Below are positions 10,424-21,434 of a stretch of 64,000 bases of DNA, in pieces; within the stretch, counting starts at the first letter, position 1, and each line of letters starts with the position of its first letter. This stretch comes from Promethearchaeia archaeon (GTDB lineage Archaea > Asgardarchaeota > Lokiarchaeia > Sigyniarchaeales > SOKP01), in the NCBI GenBank assembly GCA_029856105.1, contig JAHQWH010000226.1, positions 13,075 to 77,074 on the forward strand, read 5' to 3'. The translations under genes were made by a program, and so were the position numbers. Below the pieces are notes generated by a model. It ran no database searches, was not told the origin of the DNA, and worked only from the letters and a program-made list of their open reading frames with translations.

Positions 10424-11695
10424 TTATTCTCCTTTCGAAGATTCTGGACGTACACATCTTCTCCATTGCTCTACGCTCTCTTTAGGTCCTAAACTAATTA
10501 GTAAATCACCTACTTCAAAAACAAAATCTGATTTGAAACTATATATCCATTTGTCTTTTCTTTTTAGAGCAATTATATGGAACCCTCGTTTATATCGTTG
10601 ATCTTGTAATTCATCGTATGTTTTGCTTTTAAAGTAAGAATCTGCAGACAGTGTTTCTCGAACTACAATCTCAGCTGTTTCTTTAATCGCTTTCTGAATA
10701 ATTACGTGTGGTTCAAACCCTTCTAAGATGGTTTCAGCTAAGTGAGCCGCAGCATCGGCTATTAATTCGCATGAAAAAACTATGCGCATAATTCCCGTCA
10801 GATTCCTTGGACTACCAACTAAATGCGCAAAATCTAGAAGATTCTTCTCGAAATTTATATTAAGCCCATCCATTAAGGCTTCCATTTCGATTACATCTTC
10901 AGCTAATTCATAGCTGTTAAAGAACAATGCTGCAAGTGCCAATTCTATCATTGTTTCAGAAATATCTGTGATTATTACATAATCTCCTTTAAGTTCTTGA
11001 ATCTCCTCAAATATTTCAGGGTTTGTGAGATCAAATTCAGGTTCCTTTTCTTCCTCATCAATATCGAAACAAATCTCCTCTTCGTCAAGAGTTAATTTCT
11101 TCAATTCTTTAATCGGTTCAAGCTCGCCTTTAATAATTAAGATGTCTCCTTTTTCAATTATGTCATTCTTATCAAATAACCAATTTTCGTTTCTTTTTAT
11201 AGCAATTAAGTCGACTCCATGTTGTGATCTAAAATGTATATCTTGGCGATTCATACCTATGAGTCTGCAATATTCTTTAACATTTATTTTTACTATTGGT
11301 TCAGGAACTTCGTCCCAAAAGAGTTGTGTAAAGTCAGATATATCGCTATTTATGTAAACTACACGGGCGATATCAGCAAGAGCGTCCGACATTTTATCAA
11401 TTGAATAACCCATTACAACAATTGGCTCTAATCTCTTGGCTTCTTTAAACCCCCCAGTTTGTGTTTGAGTAATTTGTAAATTTAATAGAAAAGTTAACTC
11501 ATGGATACGCTTTTCGATTTTAGTAGTTTCGTCTGCTATCTCTTTACTACCGAATTTAATCGCGCTATAGGCGAGATCAATCATTAGATCAATCTTTTGT
11601 TTCATCTCTCTCAAAATATCTTTTAGAGATATAGGTTGATATTGGAATTCTTTCTTCTTTCTTTTTTTTTCATGCGGCTTAATTGAATTTCTCAC
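10424..11695 (-). CDS. tandem PhoU + TrkA-C (RCK-C) regulatory protein
   Basis: Two repeats of MI[DE]LA..A...A.E/D PhoU helices, each followed by IA[IL]KR...W...GD[IL]LI TrkA-C. Confidence 0.85.
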   Translation of the reverse strand: MRNSIKPHEKKRKKKEFQYQPISLKDILREMKQKIDLMIDLAYSAIKFGSKEIADETTKIEKRIHELTFLLNLQITQTQTGGFKEAKRLEPIVVMGYSIDKMSDALADIARVVYINSDISDFTQLFWDEVPEPIVKINVKEYCRLIGMNRQDIHFRSQHGVDLIAIKRNENWLFDKNDIIEKGDILIIKGELEPIKELKKLTLDEEEICFDIDEEEKEPEFDLTNPEIFEEIQELKGDYVIITDISETMIELALAALFFNSYELAEDVIEMEALMDGLNINFEKNLLDFAHLVGSPRNLTGIMRIVFSCELIADAAAHLAETILEGFEPHVIIQKAIKETAEIVVRETLSADSYFKSKTYDELQDQRYKRGFHIIALKRKDKWIYSFKSDFVFEVGDLLISLGPKESVEQWRRCVRPESSKGE

Positions 11696-11711
11696 TCTCG
11701 TTTTTATATAT

Positions 11712-12263
11712 TTAAATAAATATTTGTATAAAAATTATAATAAACATAGGCGTTAGAAAATCTGCTAAAGATGTAACCATGGGGATTAAAAAATTATTGG
11801 GATCTTTACCTTTTTTAAAAATAAAAATGGAACTAATAAATAATAACACAAACATCAAGCCGAAAAGGATCAAAATAGTAATAATTATAATAGATATTAT
11901 CAACAACGGATTTACAATTTCTATTCCAGTTACTATTCCAAGTAAGTAACCTAAGCTTATTAATGCAACTAGGCTTAATAAAATTGTCATAAGTAAACCA
12001 TAAAAATCTTGCTTTAATCTATCAGAAACTTGTATTTTTGGAGATAAAGTACCTAAATATAAGTGAGAAGTAAGGTGCGAAATTAAAACCGTAGAAATAT
12101 CACCTATTAAAGAATTTAAAGAAGGTAAAACTAACAAAATGATTGGAAAAGAATATAAAATCTTTTCGTTATTGGATAAAAGCGTGCCGGAAAAAAGACC
12201 CATAATAGAACTAATAATAACGATTATTATAGATTCTTTAAAGATCTTTTTGAAGTAATCCAA
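11712..12263 (-). CDS. MgtE/SLC41-like Mg2+ transporter half-subunit
   Basis: PSLNSLIGD and DPNNFLIPMVTSLADF motifs; about 5 TM; TTG start. Confidence 0.82.
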   Translation of the reverse strand: MDYFKKIFKESIIIVIISSIMGLFSGTLLSNNEKILYSFPIILLVLPSLNSLIGDISTVLISHLTSHLYLGTLSPKIQVSDRLKQDFYGLLMTILLSLVALISLGYLLGIVTGIEIVNPLLIISIIIITILILFGLMFVLLFISSIFIFKKGKDPNNFLIPMVTSLADFLTPMFIIIFIQIFI

Positions 12264-12265
12264 AA

Positions 12266-12820
12266 TTACGGCACCCCCAGCATAATAATTGCTAAATAGA
12301 AGCTAATAACAGTAAGAAAATCATCAATGGCTGTCATTATAGGATTAACAATGTTATTTGGGTCTAAACCGCGCTTAAACGCGAAGATATTTAGGAGGGT
12401 AGAACAAGGAATTGAAACTGATAATGTTAGTAAAATAGAAATTATTGGTATAACAATTAACAAACCAATATGAAAAATAAAGAGTCTAATTAATAAGAAG
12501 TTTAAAATAATACTTAGAATTCCAATGGCGATCGCAGTTATTAAGGCTAGTGCATATGTTGCTATTACATTTTCAAACCAAGATTTTAAGTTAAACTCTC
12601 CAATAATTAAGTCTCTCGAAGTCCTTGCTATAAAAGGACCGCTTAAATTTCCCCTTAGCGAAAGCAAAGCAGGAATAATTAGAATAAGTATTAGAAAGCT
12701 CTCAAAAGAGACTATTAAAATAGAAAGAACGATTCCCGCGAAAATGTCTCCCACAATCGAAACCATCTCAGATGGAAAAGTTTCTTTAACAATTTTACCT
12801 TTTGTATCTCGAGCTTCCAT
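12266..12820 (-). CDS. MgtE/SLC41-like Mg2+ transporter half-subunit
   Basis: PALLSLRGN and GLDPNNIVNPIMTAIDDF motifs; about 5 TM. Confidence 0.82.
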   Translation of the reverse strand: MEARDTKGKIVKETFPSEMVSIVGDIFAGIVLSILIVSFESFLILILIIPALLSLRGNLSGPFIARTSRDLIIGEFNLKSWFENVIATYALALITAIAIGILSIILNFLLIRLFIFHIGLLIVIPIISILLTLSVSIPCSTLLNIFAFKRGLDPNNIVNPIMTAIDDFLTVISFYLAIIMLGVP

Positions 12821-13062
12821 ATGTCATCATCGTCGTCAGATGAATTTAAAGATAAACTTTCGTTCATATTCTTAATAATTAATTAAGATTCTAAAATATT
12901 TAAAATTTTTTGAATGATTCTTTAAAATTTGTAAGTATATAAAAATCTAAATAAAGAATTTAATCAATTTAGTAAAAAAATATAGAATTCTATCTTTTTT
13001 AAATAGGAAATTAGTTGCAACTAAATTGATATTAAAAAAAAATAAAAAAAAGATTGATTAGG

Positions 13063-15489
13063 TTATTGAAATTTCTTTGTTTTTTTTAGGTAAATCATTA
13101 CTAAACCGATCGTACTCATTGAGAGAATTCCAAGAGTTAGTAATAGAGGGTATCCGGGGATACCTCCCGGAGTTGTATCGCTGCCTATATATACGTATGA
13201 CATCGCCATAATAATTGAGATCGCACCTGAGCTACCTTCTACTGGAAATTTGATAGTCAAAGAATTATCAGCGTAATCATAAACAAACATATCCGCTGCT
13301 TCCGGAGGAGCTGCTTCCCATTGGTTATTACCACTCATGTTCCATGCCCAAAAGGTAAGGTTATAGTTATTTAGGTCAAAAGTATCATCAAATTTTATGT
13401 AGAATGTTAAGTTCTCTAATCCCGTACTGTTGCTAATTAAAAGATCGTTATAATAAAGGACCGTTCCATTGGTGATCGAAGTATTTGTAGGATTATAAGC
13501 TAAAAGCGCATTTATTACTTCTATACCGGTATTGTTAGTAATGATTTCAATATTATTTACTGCTATTTCACTTACAGCATCACTGTTGACGGAAATACTG
13601 TTTGTTCCAGAATGGAGCGTTTCGTTATGCATTGGATATAATGTCATATACATCCAATCAGTGTCGTCTCCACCAGGCATGTTCATCCAGCCTCCCATAA
13701 ATGTTATTTGACCTGTAGATATGTCTATATATGTATCATATTCTTTGTCAAGCGTTGAATTTCTAAGATTAGCGCGACCTTCAGTGAATGTCATCTCATC
13801 AAACACGCTGCTTAACATTCTTAAGAGATCCTCAAAATCTTCTCCCGTAAAACCTAGAGGTATAAATAATGGAGGAGATGTGCCCCCAAACATAGCGGTA
13901 GGTGAGATCGGCCAATATGTATTTGCTTCAAGGAACAAATCGTCTCCTTTATATTGCCAAGTTCCTGTTTCTTCATCAAATTCTTCAAAATCAGCAATGA
14001 CTACCTTAAAGAATTGCAATTCAGGTTGTCCAGGTATTGTCATGAAGAGTCCACCGCTATCCTGTTCCCATTCTGTCAAATTAGCGAATTCACCATAAGT
14101 AGCGATAATTGTTGCTCTCAAATATATCTCACCGTCTCGAGAATTTTGTTTATAATAAATAACATCGCCTATTTCAACATCCCATTCGACTAACGTCATG
14201 TTTTTTATCTCGTAATATATTAAATCTGAACCATCCTGCATTAAAAATGATTGAGTTATTCCAGTTGATTTTTCCATTACAATTTTAACTATAGAATTAC
14301 TCGAAGAATTTTGCATTATAAATTCAAAATTACCATTCTCAAGTAAAATAACCTCAGTAAATGGCATTTCCATGATATGTAAGGTGTCAAGGTTCCACAT
14401 AAATTCTATGTCTTCTCTAAGTGTATTATTGGGAACGAGTAAGTTGAACATCGAGGATCCAGATCCAAAATACTGGGGATAAAAATTATTTGCAATCCCA
14501 ATAGGAATATCAGAATCTTCTAAAGAATATTTTGTTCCGTCCCATTCTGAAATGTTAGCATAAACTACTTCGAAAATCATTGGAATCGTTTCTTCAGAGA
14601 AACTGTTATATGTTTTCGGGAGCATTATCTCTGTAATATCAGTAATATAAAATTCGAGATCGTAATAATTACCTTCTTCTGTAAAATCGTAGTGTATAGT
14701 GTCTCCAATATTTACGCCCCATTCAATTTCGTCTATGATGTCGTAATCATAAACTCTCTGCATTGTGAAGTTAAATAACATTGGATCTGGCATGTAGACC
14801 ATAATATATCCATCAGCATATTCTGCAACGCCATTTGTTGAACCAAATTCCACATAGACATAAAAATCATCAGTCGTATTTGTAAATGTAATGCTATCAT
14901 CCCCCGTATTGGATGAATAACTATCAAATTGATTGAATGGTCCCATAGAAAGAGGGTTATATAACGATTCGTTAAGGATATCTGCTAGTACATCGACTTC
15001 TAAATTGTTTGATCCATTTAAGGGAAGTATGTATGGAGCTGCACTCATCCATGCTCGGTATTTATGATGAATGGAATCTGAATTATTATATCCAAAAAGA
15101 GCGAATTCCTCGGGAGAACCATACGGTTCTAATTCGTCGGTTGTAAGATTATAATAACATTGAGCAGCGTTTACCCGGGAAAATTCGTTTAAACCTAAAT
15201 AATCTATAGTAACATTTTCAATATAGGTTATGTTATAAATAAAAATGTCTCTAAACATCATGGTAACCTCTCCGCTTGACGCGTTTGTCATTACAATCTC
15301 AATTTCCCAATAAAGTTCCTCTCCAACATCTACGCCCCAATGCCAACCGTTATTTGCGTGTTCTTCTGGGACATATGGTCCAGCTTTAATCGTCGTAACC
15401 AGAAAGCTCAAATTTATAGCTATAGTTAATCCTATAAGCAAAACTAAGATTGCGTGTTTTTTTGTTCTAAAATTATTCATAAATTTCAA
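13063..15489 (-). CDS. large acidic surface glycoprotein with Loki-CTERM-like anchor
   Basis: Signal peptide, three W[GD]VxxG[ED] domain starts, many NxS/T sequons, C-terminal IPGY-TM-basic tail. Confidence 0.85.
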   Translation of the reverse strand: MKFMNNFRTKKHAILVLLIGLTIAINLSFLVTTIKAGPYVPEEHANNGWHWGVDVGEELYWEIEIVMTNASSGEVTMMFRDIFIYNITYIENVTIDYLGLNEFSRVNAAQCYYNLTTDELEPYGSPEEFALFGYNNSDSIHHKYRAWMSAAPYILPLNGSNNLEVDVLADILNESLYNPLSMGPFNQFDSYSSNTGDDSITFTNTTDDFYVYVEFGSTNGVAEYADGYIMVYMPDPMLFNFTMQRVYDYDIIDEIEWGVNIGDTIHYDFTEEGNYYDLEFYITDITEIMLPKTYNSFSEETIPMIFEVVYANISEWDGTKYSLEDSDIPIGIANNFYPQYFGSGSSMFNLLVPNNTLREDIEFMWNLDTLHIMEMPFTEVILLENGNFEFIMQNSSSNSIVKIVMEKSTGITQSFLMQDGSDLIYYEIKNMTLVEWDVEIGDVIYYKQNSRDGEIYLRATIIATYGEFANLTEWEQDSGGLFMTIPGQPELQFFKVVIADFEEFDEETGTWQYKGDDLFLEANTYWPISPTAMFGGTSPPLFIPLGFTGEDFEDLLRMLSSVFDEMTFTEGRANLRNSTLDKEYDTYIDISTGQITFMGGWMNMPGGDDTDWMYMTLYPMHNETLHSGTNSISVNSDAVSEIAVNNIEIITNNTGIEVINALLAYNPTNTSITNGTVLYYNDLLISNSTGLENLTFYIKFDDTFDLNNYNLTFWAWNMSGNNQWEAAPPEAADMFVYDYADNSLTIKFPVEGSSGAISIIMAMSYVYIGSDTTPGGIPGYPLLLTLGILSMSTIGLVMIYLKKTKKFQ

Positions 15490-15627
15490 CTCTTAATTGT
15501 TTTAGATTTTTGTTAAAAATACTTACTAAGCTTTAATATGGAAACTTAAGTTTAAAAATTCTTGCACAAAAAGCATGAATTAAGAAATTGTACAATCTTG
15601 TTAATAATAAAAAGATAATAAACTCAA

Positions 15628-17142
15628 TTAAATTAATTCAAACCAATTAGGGTCGATCGAGTTAAGGGCAAACTCAATTTCTTTCTTCACTTTCCAATCG
15701 TCGTCCCATAGCGATTTAGCTAACCATTTTAAAGCTTCTTTATCTCCTATTTGACCCAAAGCTTTTGCCACAGCAATCCGCATCTTAGGGTCTTTGTCTT
15801 CTAACAGTGTTATAAAGGGAGTTATATCGCTAATATTTTCCAGTTTTCCTAATGACATCGCGATCCAACTTCGGATAAATATATCTTTATCTCCCATTAA
15901 TCCAATTAAAGATTCGGTAGACTTATCATTACCAATTTTTATTAAAAGTTTAACTGCTGCTCTTCTTGTTTTCCAGTTTAAATCGTTTGTTAAAATTTTT
16001 GCGCTTTCAATTACCTTTTCGTTCCCAAACTTTGATAACGCTTCAATTACTGCGTCCCTTACATTATTATCATTATCATTTAATAAACTAAAAAGCGGTT
16101 CGATTAAATTTTCGTCACCAATTTCTCCGATAACCCTTGCACAAAAACTCCTAATTTTCCATTCTTTCGCGTTCAAACCCTCGATAATTTGAGTTGGAAT
16201 AGTATCATTATAAATATTTAAAATTGCTTTATACGCTAACCTTCGCAATTTCGCGTCTTTACTGTTAAATGTTCTTATAAGATAATCGATAGAATTCTTA
16301 TCCTCTAATAAGCTCAACAATTTTATCGCTTCCCTTCTAGAGATAATATTTCGTTGGTTTAAAATTTCGTAGATTTTATCGTATGGTGGTTGGTTTGAAA
16401 AAATTGAGAATAAAGTTCGCACAGATAATTTTCGAATTTCAGGATTTTTTTCTTCTAAAAATTTAATTAAATGTGGAATAGCCCTTTTACTTTTTATAGT
16501 GCCTAATGCTTTGATTGCTGATTTTTTTACGCGTAAGTCTTCGTCGCTTAAAGCGTTCAGAATAAACTTTGCGTCTTTTAATTGAAGTAAATTTTCTAAC
16601 CCTTTGATTGAATTCTTACGGATTAATGAGTCTTCGTGTTTTACTAATTCTTTTAAGTTCTCAATGCACTCTTCACTGCCAATCTTTCCTAATATATATG
16701 GGATCGATCTTTTAATATGAATATTTCCTTCGTTTATGTACTCTAATATTGAATCAAGGTTATTTTCTTTCCCAATTTTAATAATAGAAGCAAGCACGAT
16801 CCCTTTGATCTCTAAAGAGGGGTTCTGAAGCATGTCTAACAAAGGGTTTAAGGCTATGGTTGCTTTTGCTTTTCCCAAAGCTATCACAGATGCTTTTCTT
16901 GACTCAATATTATTGTCTGTAAGAGCTTTGATTAATAATTGGATGGAAATGTCGTTTATATTTTTCCCGGCAACATCGATTATTTTTTTTCTTACTTTTC
17001 CATCGCTTTCGCTTTTATACTGAGATAATAGAAATTCTAGCCCTTCTTTTTTAAAATGCAGAGACACCGATTCGATTAATTGTATTTTTTTCAGAGGAAC
17101 TGTCTCTTTTAGGTATGAACTTTTAAGTTCTTGAAAATTCAT
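15628..17142 (-). CDS. HEAT (PBS-lyase-like) repeat protein
   Basis: Recurrent ~31-aa L.D....[VI]R..A..ALG.IG units along the whole length. Confidence 0.9.
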   Translation of the reverse strand: MNFQELKSSYLKETVPLKKIQLIESVSLHFKKEGLEFLLSQYKSESDGKVRKKIIDVAGKNINDISIQLLIKALTDNNIESRKASVIALGKAKATIALNPLLDMLQNPSLEIKGIVLASIIKIGKENNLDSILEYINEGNIHIKRSIPYILGKIGSEECIENLKELVKHEDSLIRKNSIKGLENLLQLKDAKFILNALSDEDLRVKKSAIKALGTIKSKRAIPHLIKFLEEKNPEIRKLSVRTLFSIFSNQPPYDKIYEILNQRNIISRREAIKLLSLLEDKNSIDYLIRTFNSKDAKLRRLAYKAILNIYNDTIPTQIIEGLNAKEWKIRSFCARVIGEIGDENLIEPLFSLLNDNDNNVRDAVIEALSKFGNEKVIESAKILTNDLNWKTRRAAVKLLIKIGNDKSTESLIGLMGDKDIFIRSWIAMSLGKLENISDITPFITLLEDKDPKMRIAVAKALGQIGDKEALKWLAKSLWDDDWKVKKEIEFALNSIDPNWFELI

Positions 17143-17342
17143 AAATCACAACTCCTAATTAGTTTAACAAAAGTTTAAAGATTTAGATAAAAAAGTCTAA
17201 ATGGATTATAGGTTAAGGATTTTTAATATTAATGAAATACAAAAGTTTGTTTAAATTAATCAACTTAAATTTAATTTTAGTAAATTAAAATTAAATATGA
17301 AAGATTATAATAAAACATTCAAATTAACGATTAGAATTAATC

Positions 17343-18107
17343 ATGTCGAAGAATCTAGCAATATATACTAAAAATCTTACGAAGAATTATGGAAAATTAT
17401 GCGCTGTAAATAATATAAACTTAAAAATCCCTTATGGAACAACTTACGGATTACTAGGTCCAAATGGAGCAGGCAAAACTACAACTGTTAAGATGTTAAA
17501 TTCAATAATAAAACCTTCATCTGGAGATGCTGAAGTTATGGGGTTTAACATCGTATCGCAAAGACAGAAAGTAAAATTAAATTGTGGGTTTTTATCAGAA
17601 TCGCCAAGTATATATGAAAAATTAACCGCAAGGGAATTTTTAGAATTTGTAGGTGAATTATATAACTTACCTAAAAATTTAATCAACTCGCGAATTGATG
17701 AATTCTTAAAAATATTTGATTTAAAAAAAAGAGAAAATCATCTTTTAGAAGGATATTCTAGAGGAATGAAACAGAAAGTCTGTTTATGTGCTACATTAAT
17801 ACACGATCCCAAAATTCTATTTTTTGATGAGCCTACAGCAAATTTAGATCCTATTGCAGCTAGAATTGTTAAAAATATTATTTTAGATTTAGTAAAAAAG
17901 GCAAATAAAACCCTCTTTATTTGTACTCACTTACTCGATATTGCTAAAGAACTATGTGACGTTATTGGAATTATTGATAAAGGGGTTTTAATAATTGAAG
18001 GAAGTCCAAAAGAGGTGATAGATTCGGTAAATGCTAGTAATTTAGAAGATGCATATATAAAAATAATGAAACCCGTTGATAATAAAGATTACTTAGCATG
18101 GAGATGA
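17343..18107 (+). CDS. ABC transporter ATP-binding protein
   Basis: GPNGAGKTT, YSRGMKQK, FFDEPT, H-loop. Confidence 0.95.
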   Translation: MSKNLAIYTKNLTKNYGKLCAVNNINLKIPYGTTYGLLGPNGAGKTTTVKMLNSIIKPSSGDAEVMGFNIVSQRQKVKLNCGFLSESPSIYEKLTAREFLEFVGELYNLPKNLINSRIDEFLKIFDLKKRENHLLEGYSRGMKQKVCLCATLIHDPKILFFDEPTANLDPIAARIVKNIILDLVKKANKTLFICTHLLDIAKELCDVIGIIDKGVLIIEGSPKEVIDSVNASNLEDAYIKIMKPVDNKDYLAWR

Positions 18108-18157
18108 AAACTCTTGATACCTAAAATAAATTATACCAAAAGTTAAGAAGGAAAATT

Positions 18158-19810
18158 ATGAGCCTTTGGATAATAATAGCAAAAAATGAGATTAGAATAA
18201 AAACAGCTAAATTTAGATCTCATAGAAACTTATTTTTCGTCATAATTTATGCTATCTTCATTTTTTGGGCAACATATTTGGGACCTGTGATTTTTGATGC
18301 TATATTACCAGACTTTTTACTAGCACTTTCAGGTGTTCTTGAATTTGTTCTTCATTTTGTAATTGAAGTTTCTTTAACGACTATTTTTGTAATGATGATA
18401 CTATATCCCATTTTTTTACTTTTTAGAAAATCGGAAATTGGAGTTAAAGATGTAATATTAGCTTCACCAGCAAAATCGGGTGATATCTTCCTTGGAGAAT
18501 TTGTTGGGCAGTTGCCATTTTATTTTCTAATTGTTTTAGCAATAGGACCTGCGGTAGTAAGCTTATTAGGGCAAGCAAACCCCCAATTGACAATCCTACA
18601 TTACCTTATTATCTATTTAGTAATCTTTTTAATGATGAACTTTAGTTTAATAATTGGAACCATTATAGCTAATTGGATTGAATTTAAATTATCATCAAAC
18701 AAAAAAATTAAAGATTCAAGTAATTCTGTACTTCTATTGCTTTCATTTATTGTAATCATTTCCTTTTATCTATTCCACTATATATTTTATTTTGTTTATG
18801 AGGATCCGGTTCTTAAAAATTGGATATCGATTTTCCCTTCTTTTTGGTATTCAAATATAATTTTATATCTTGTTAATCCATTGCTTATTGAATCTTACGT
18901 AATAAATATATGGTTAAGCGTAGGATTAGCAATCGGAATTCCTATGCTCATACTCTATTTTTCATACAAAAAAGCTGAAAAATTTTATAGCATTGATCTT
19001 CAATCTGAAAAGAAACTATTGGTTGTTAAAACAGAAGGATTTATTTTAAAATTTATAAAGAAGATTACCTTAAAAAAATACAAAGTATTGGTAATGGTTC
19101 AATTTAAAAATTTCTTAAGAAAAAAAGAAAATATTACAAAACTAATCTATTCAGTTGCATTTACTGGCGTATTGGGGCTTTTCATTTCTCTATCTTTAGA
19201 TAATCCAATTACAGAAATAGAAGAGTTTCCATTACTTGGAATTGTTTCAATACCAGTAGAATATTTTAGCGTATTAGTAATTATCATTATAGCGTGGATG
19301 GGTGGTTTAATCTTTGGTATGATGATGGGGATTAGTGTCATATTTGATTCAAAAAACATTCTTTATCTCTATAAAAAGTCAATAAGAGGCGTCCATGCTT
19401 CAATATTTGCCTTTTTATACCAAATGGCGTTTTTAATATTATTTTACGATATTATTTTAACGATTTTTTTCACTTTATTATTTGCTTTCAATATCTACAA
19501 TGTTGTTCTTTTTTTCTGTATATATTTTATTTATTGTTTCATAGTTCTTATCCAAGTAGTTGGATTACAGTGCATTAGACCTTTTTTTGACGAACGTGGG
19601 AAACAAATATACTTTAAAATCTATTTTATTTTTGTCTTACAATTTATTTCATTACTTATTTCGCTATTTATTAACATTCCTTTATTGCCTATTGTTGTTG
19701 ATTATTCTCTAGGATTTCTGTATATACTCTTAACCAATATTGGAATATCATCGATAATTGCATTTCTCATGCTTTCCATAGGAATCTTTAAATTAAATAG
19801 AACCGATTAA
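18158..19810 (+). CDS. ABC-2 type exporter permease
   Basis: About 12 TM in two halves; follows the ABC ATPase. Confidence 0.75.
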   Translation: MSLWIIIAKNEIRIKTAKFRSHRNLFFVIIYAIFIFWATYLGPVIFDAILPDFLLALSGVLEFVLHFVIEVSLTTIFVMMILYPIFLLFRKSEIGVKDVILASPAKSGDIFLGEFVGQLPFYFLIVLAIGPAVVSLLGQANPQLTILHYLIIYLVIFLMMNFSLIIGTIIANWIEFKLSSNKKIKDSSNSVLLLLSFIVIISFYLFHYIFYFVYEDPVLKNWISIFPSFWYSNIILYLVNPLLIESYVINIWLSVGLAIGIPMLILYFSYKKAEKFYSIDLQSEKKLLVVKTEGFILKFIKKITLKKYKVLVMVQFKNFLRKKENITKLIYSVAFTGVLGLFISLSLDNPITEIEEFPLLGIVSIPVEYFSVLVIIIIAWMGGLIFGMMMGISVIFDSKNILYLYKKSIRGVHASIFAFLYQMAFLILFYDIILTIFFTLLFAFNIYNVVLFFCIYFIYCFIVLIQVVGLQCIRPFFDERGKQIYFKIYFIFVLQFISLLISLFINIPLLPIVVDYSLGFLYILLTNIGISSIIAFLMLSIGIFKLNRTD

Positions 19811-20097
19811 TTCCTTTCTAAATCCCTTATAGACTTAAAGTACTTACTTAAGAATCTATAGATGTAATTTATTATTAAAGGTATAAATATAATCGTAAAA
19901 CCAATAGGATTTAAAAAGATAAAAGATACGACCGAAAAAAGGATTTCATATGGGCCCATGAGAAACAGTGAAATAACGACGTAGAATAAAATAACTAAAC
20001 CAAATATTATAAAAAAGAAATCTGCTTTAATTGAGACTAGAAGCATTAAAAGAATAAGTAAAAAAATCAAGGAATTAAAAAAGTCCATATTACTCAA
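19807..20097 (-). CDS. small hypothetical membrane protein
   Basis: 96-aa hydrophobic ORF filling the gap between genes. Confidence 0.5.
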   Translation of the reverse strand: MSNMDFFNSLIFLLILLMLLVSIKADFFFIIFGLVILFYVVISLFLMGPYEILFSVVSFIFLNPIGFTIIFIPLIINYIYRFLSKYFKSIRDLERN

Positions 20098-20146
20098 TTT
20101 TTATATTTGATAATAATAAAATAAAAAAAAGTTAAAATTTTAAATT

Positions 20147-21016
20147 TTAAATATGCTTCTTTCGTTTTATGTAAACTATCGCGAGAACGGTTACAATCGA
20201 GACGCCTATAATAGTGACTATTTCATATCCAGGTATTAAGTCATTACTTGGTACTAATTGGATGGATACAAGTACTAAACCACCATATACTAACGAACCA
20301 TATTCAAAAACACCATTACTGTTCCATCTAACATTGAATTCAACATCACTCAATGTAAAATTAAAAGGCATTTCGGTCATATTTATCGAGGCTTCTAAAT
20401 AGCTCGTTTTAAGCGTAACCTTGAATCCAGTCCCTTGAGTTTGAACGGTTATGTTCCCATTCAAATACGGATCAGCAGCAATGTTTGTACTCACCCAATT
20501 GGTAAACATGGTATAATTAAACCCTTTAGCCATTATTAAAGGTACTCCACCAAAACCAGCCATTATGGTAGTTTCGTTTAAGCTATTAGGATCGTATATC
20601 GTTACTGCTGTACTATTAGCAACCGATGTCCAATTGTTATGTCCTGCAGATGTATAAATATCCATGGTTAAACTTGATCCAAATATTCCGGGTGCGAATG
20701 TTATCTCATCAGAAACATTTTTGACGACAGCTTTTATGCCAGCTCCTGCAAAAGAACCTAAATCCATTCCTGTGTCATTTTCATACAGTTCTACAAGCAT
20801 GTTATATGCAATTGTCCAATTTTCTTCGCCAATTAACGCAATAGCAGTTGTATTTACATTTACCATATTAACTGAAGGGACCCATACAAATTCGTCTCCT
20901 TTTGCCACTCCTACATAACTAGGAGGAGCTGCCATAGAAGTATTTACAAATGATAAAAGGATCAATGTACTCAATAATGCGAAAGCTAATTTCTCTTTTC
21001 TTTTCATTTTTACCAC
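20147..21016 (-). CDS. surface protein with Loki-CTERM-like anchor
   Basis: Signal peptide, YVGVAKGD start motif, NxT sequons, IPGY-TM-KRKK tail. Confidence 0.85.
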   Translation of the reverse strand: MVKMKRKEKLAFALLSTLILLSFVNTSMAAPPSYVGVAKGDEFVWVPSVNMVNVNTTAIALIGEENWTIAYNMLVELYENDTGMDLGSFAGAGIKAVVKNVSDEITFAPGIFGSSLTMDIYTSAGHNNWTSVANSTAVTIYDPNSLNETTIMAGFGGVPLIMAKGFNYTMFTNWVSTNIAADPYLNGNITVQTQGTGFKVTLKTSYLEASINMTEMPFNFTLSDVEFNVRWNSNGVFEYGSLVYGGLVLVSIQLVPSNDLIPGYEIVTIIGVSIVTVLAIVYIKRKKHI

Positions 21017-21167
21017 ACAAATTATTAATTTTTATAGTTGAGTAAAAAAACTTTTTATAAAACATATAATAAATGAGCTATATAAACTTCTAGATTAGCA
21101 ATAAAAAATATTAAGCTAATTGGCTAACTTCTATCCATTATAAAAGAAAAGTAAAAAAAATAAAGAT

Positions 21168-21434
21168 TTATGAGCTGATCAATTGAAAGAGAATGTTTGC
21201 GTGTGGTATAAAGAATTGGTCTTTGGTTTTTATCACCACAGTATGAAAGTATTCAGCCAAACCTAAGAATCCACGAATTACAGATTCGTCTTCCTCAAAT
21301 TTAAACACAACCTTCGCTATGGCCGCACTACCACTAAAAGTGACTTTATCGTAAACCCGCTCATCGATCAATGGAATTTTTAACTCATTTACAATTTCAT
21401 AAACTCGTTTAATAAAGAGTTCTCGCTTTGGAAT
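21168..21434 (-). CDS. small hypothetical protein (88 aa), probable ATT start
   Basis: Frame stays open upstream of the called TTG (21371) to a TAA at 21438-40; AGGTG lies 7 nt before ATT at 21434; gives (M)PKRELFIKRVYEIVNELKIPLIDERVY... Confidence 0.7.
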   Translation of the reverse strand: MPKRELFIKRVYEIVNELKIPLIDERVYDKVTFSGSAAIAKVVFKFEEDESVIRGFLGLAEYFHTVVIKTKDQFFIPHANILFQLISS

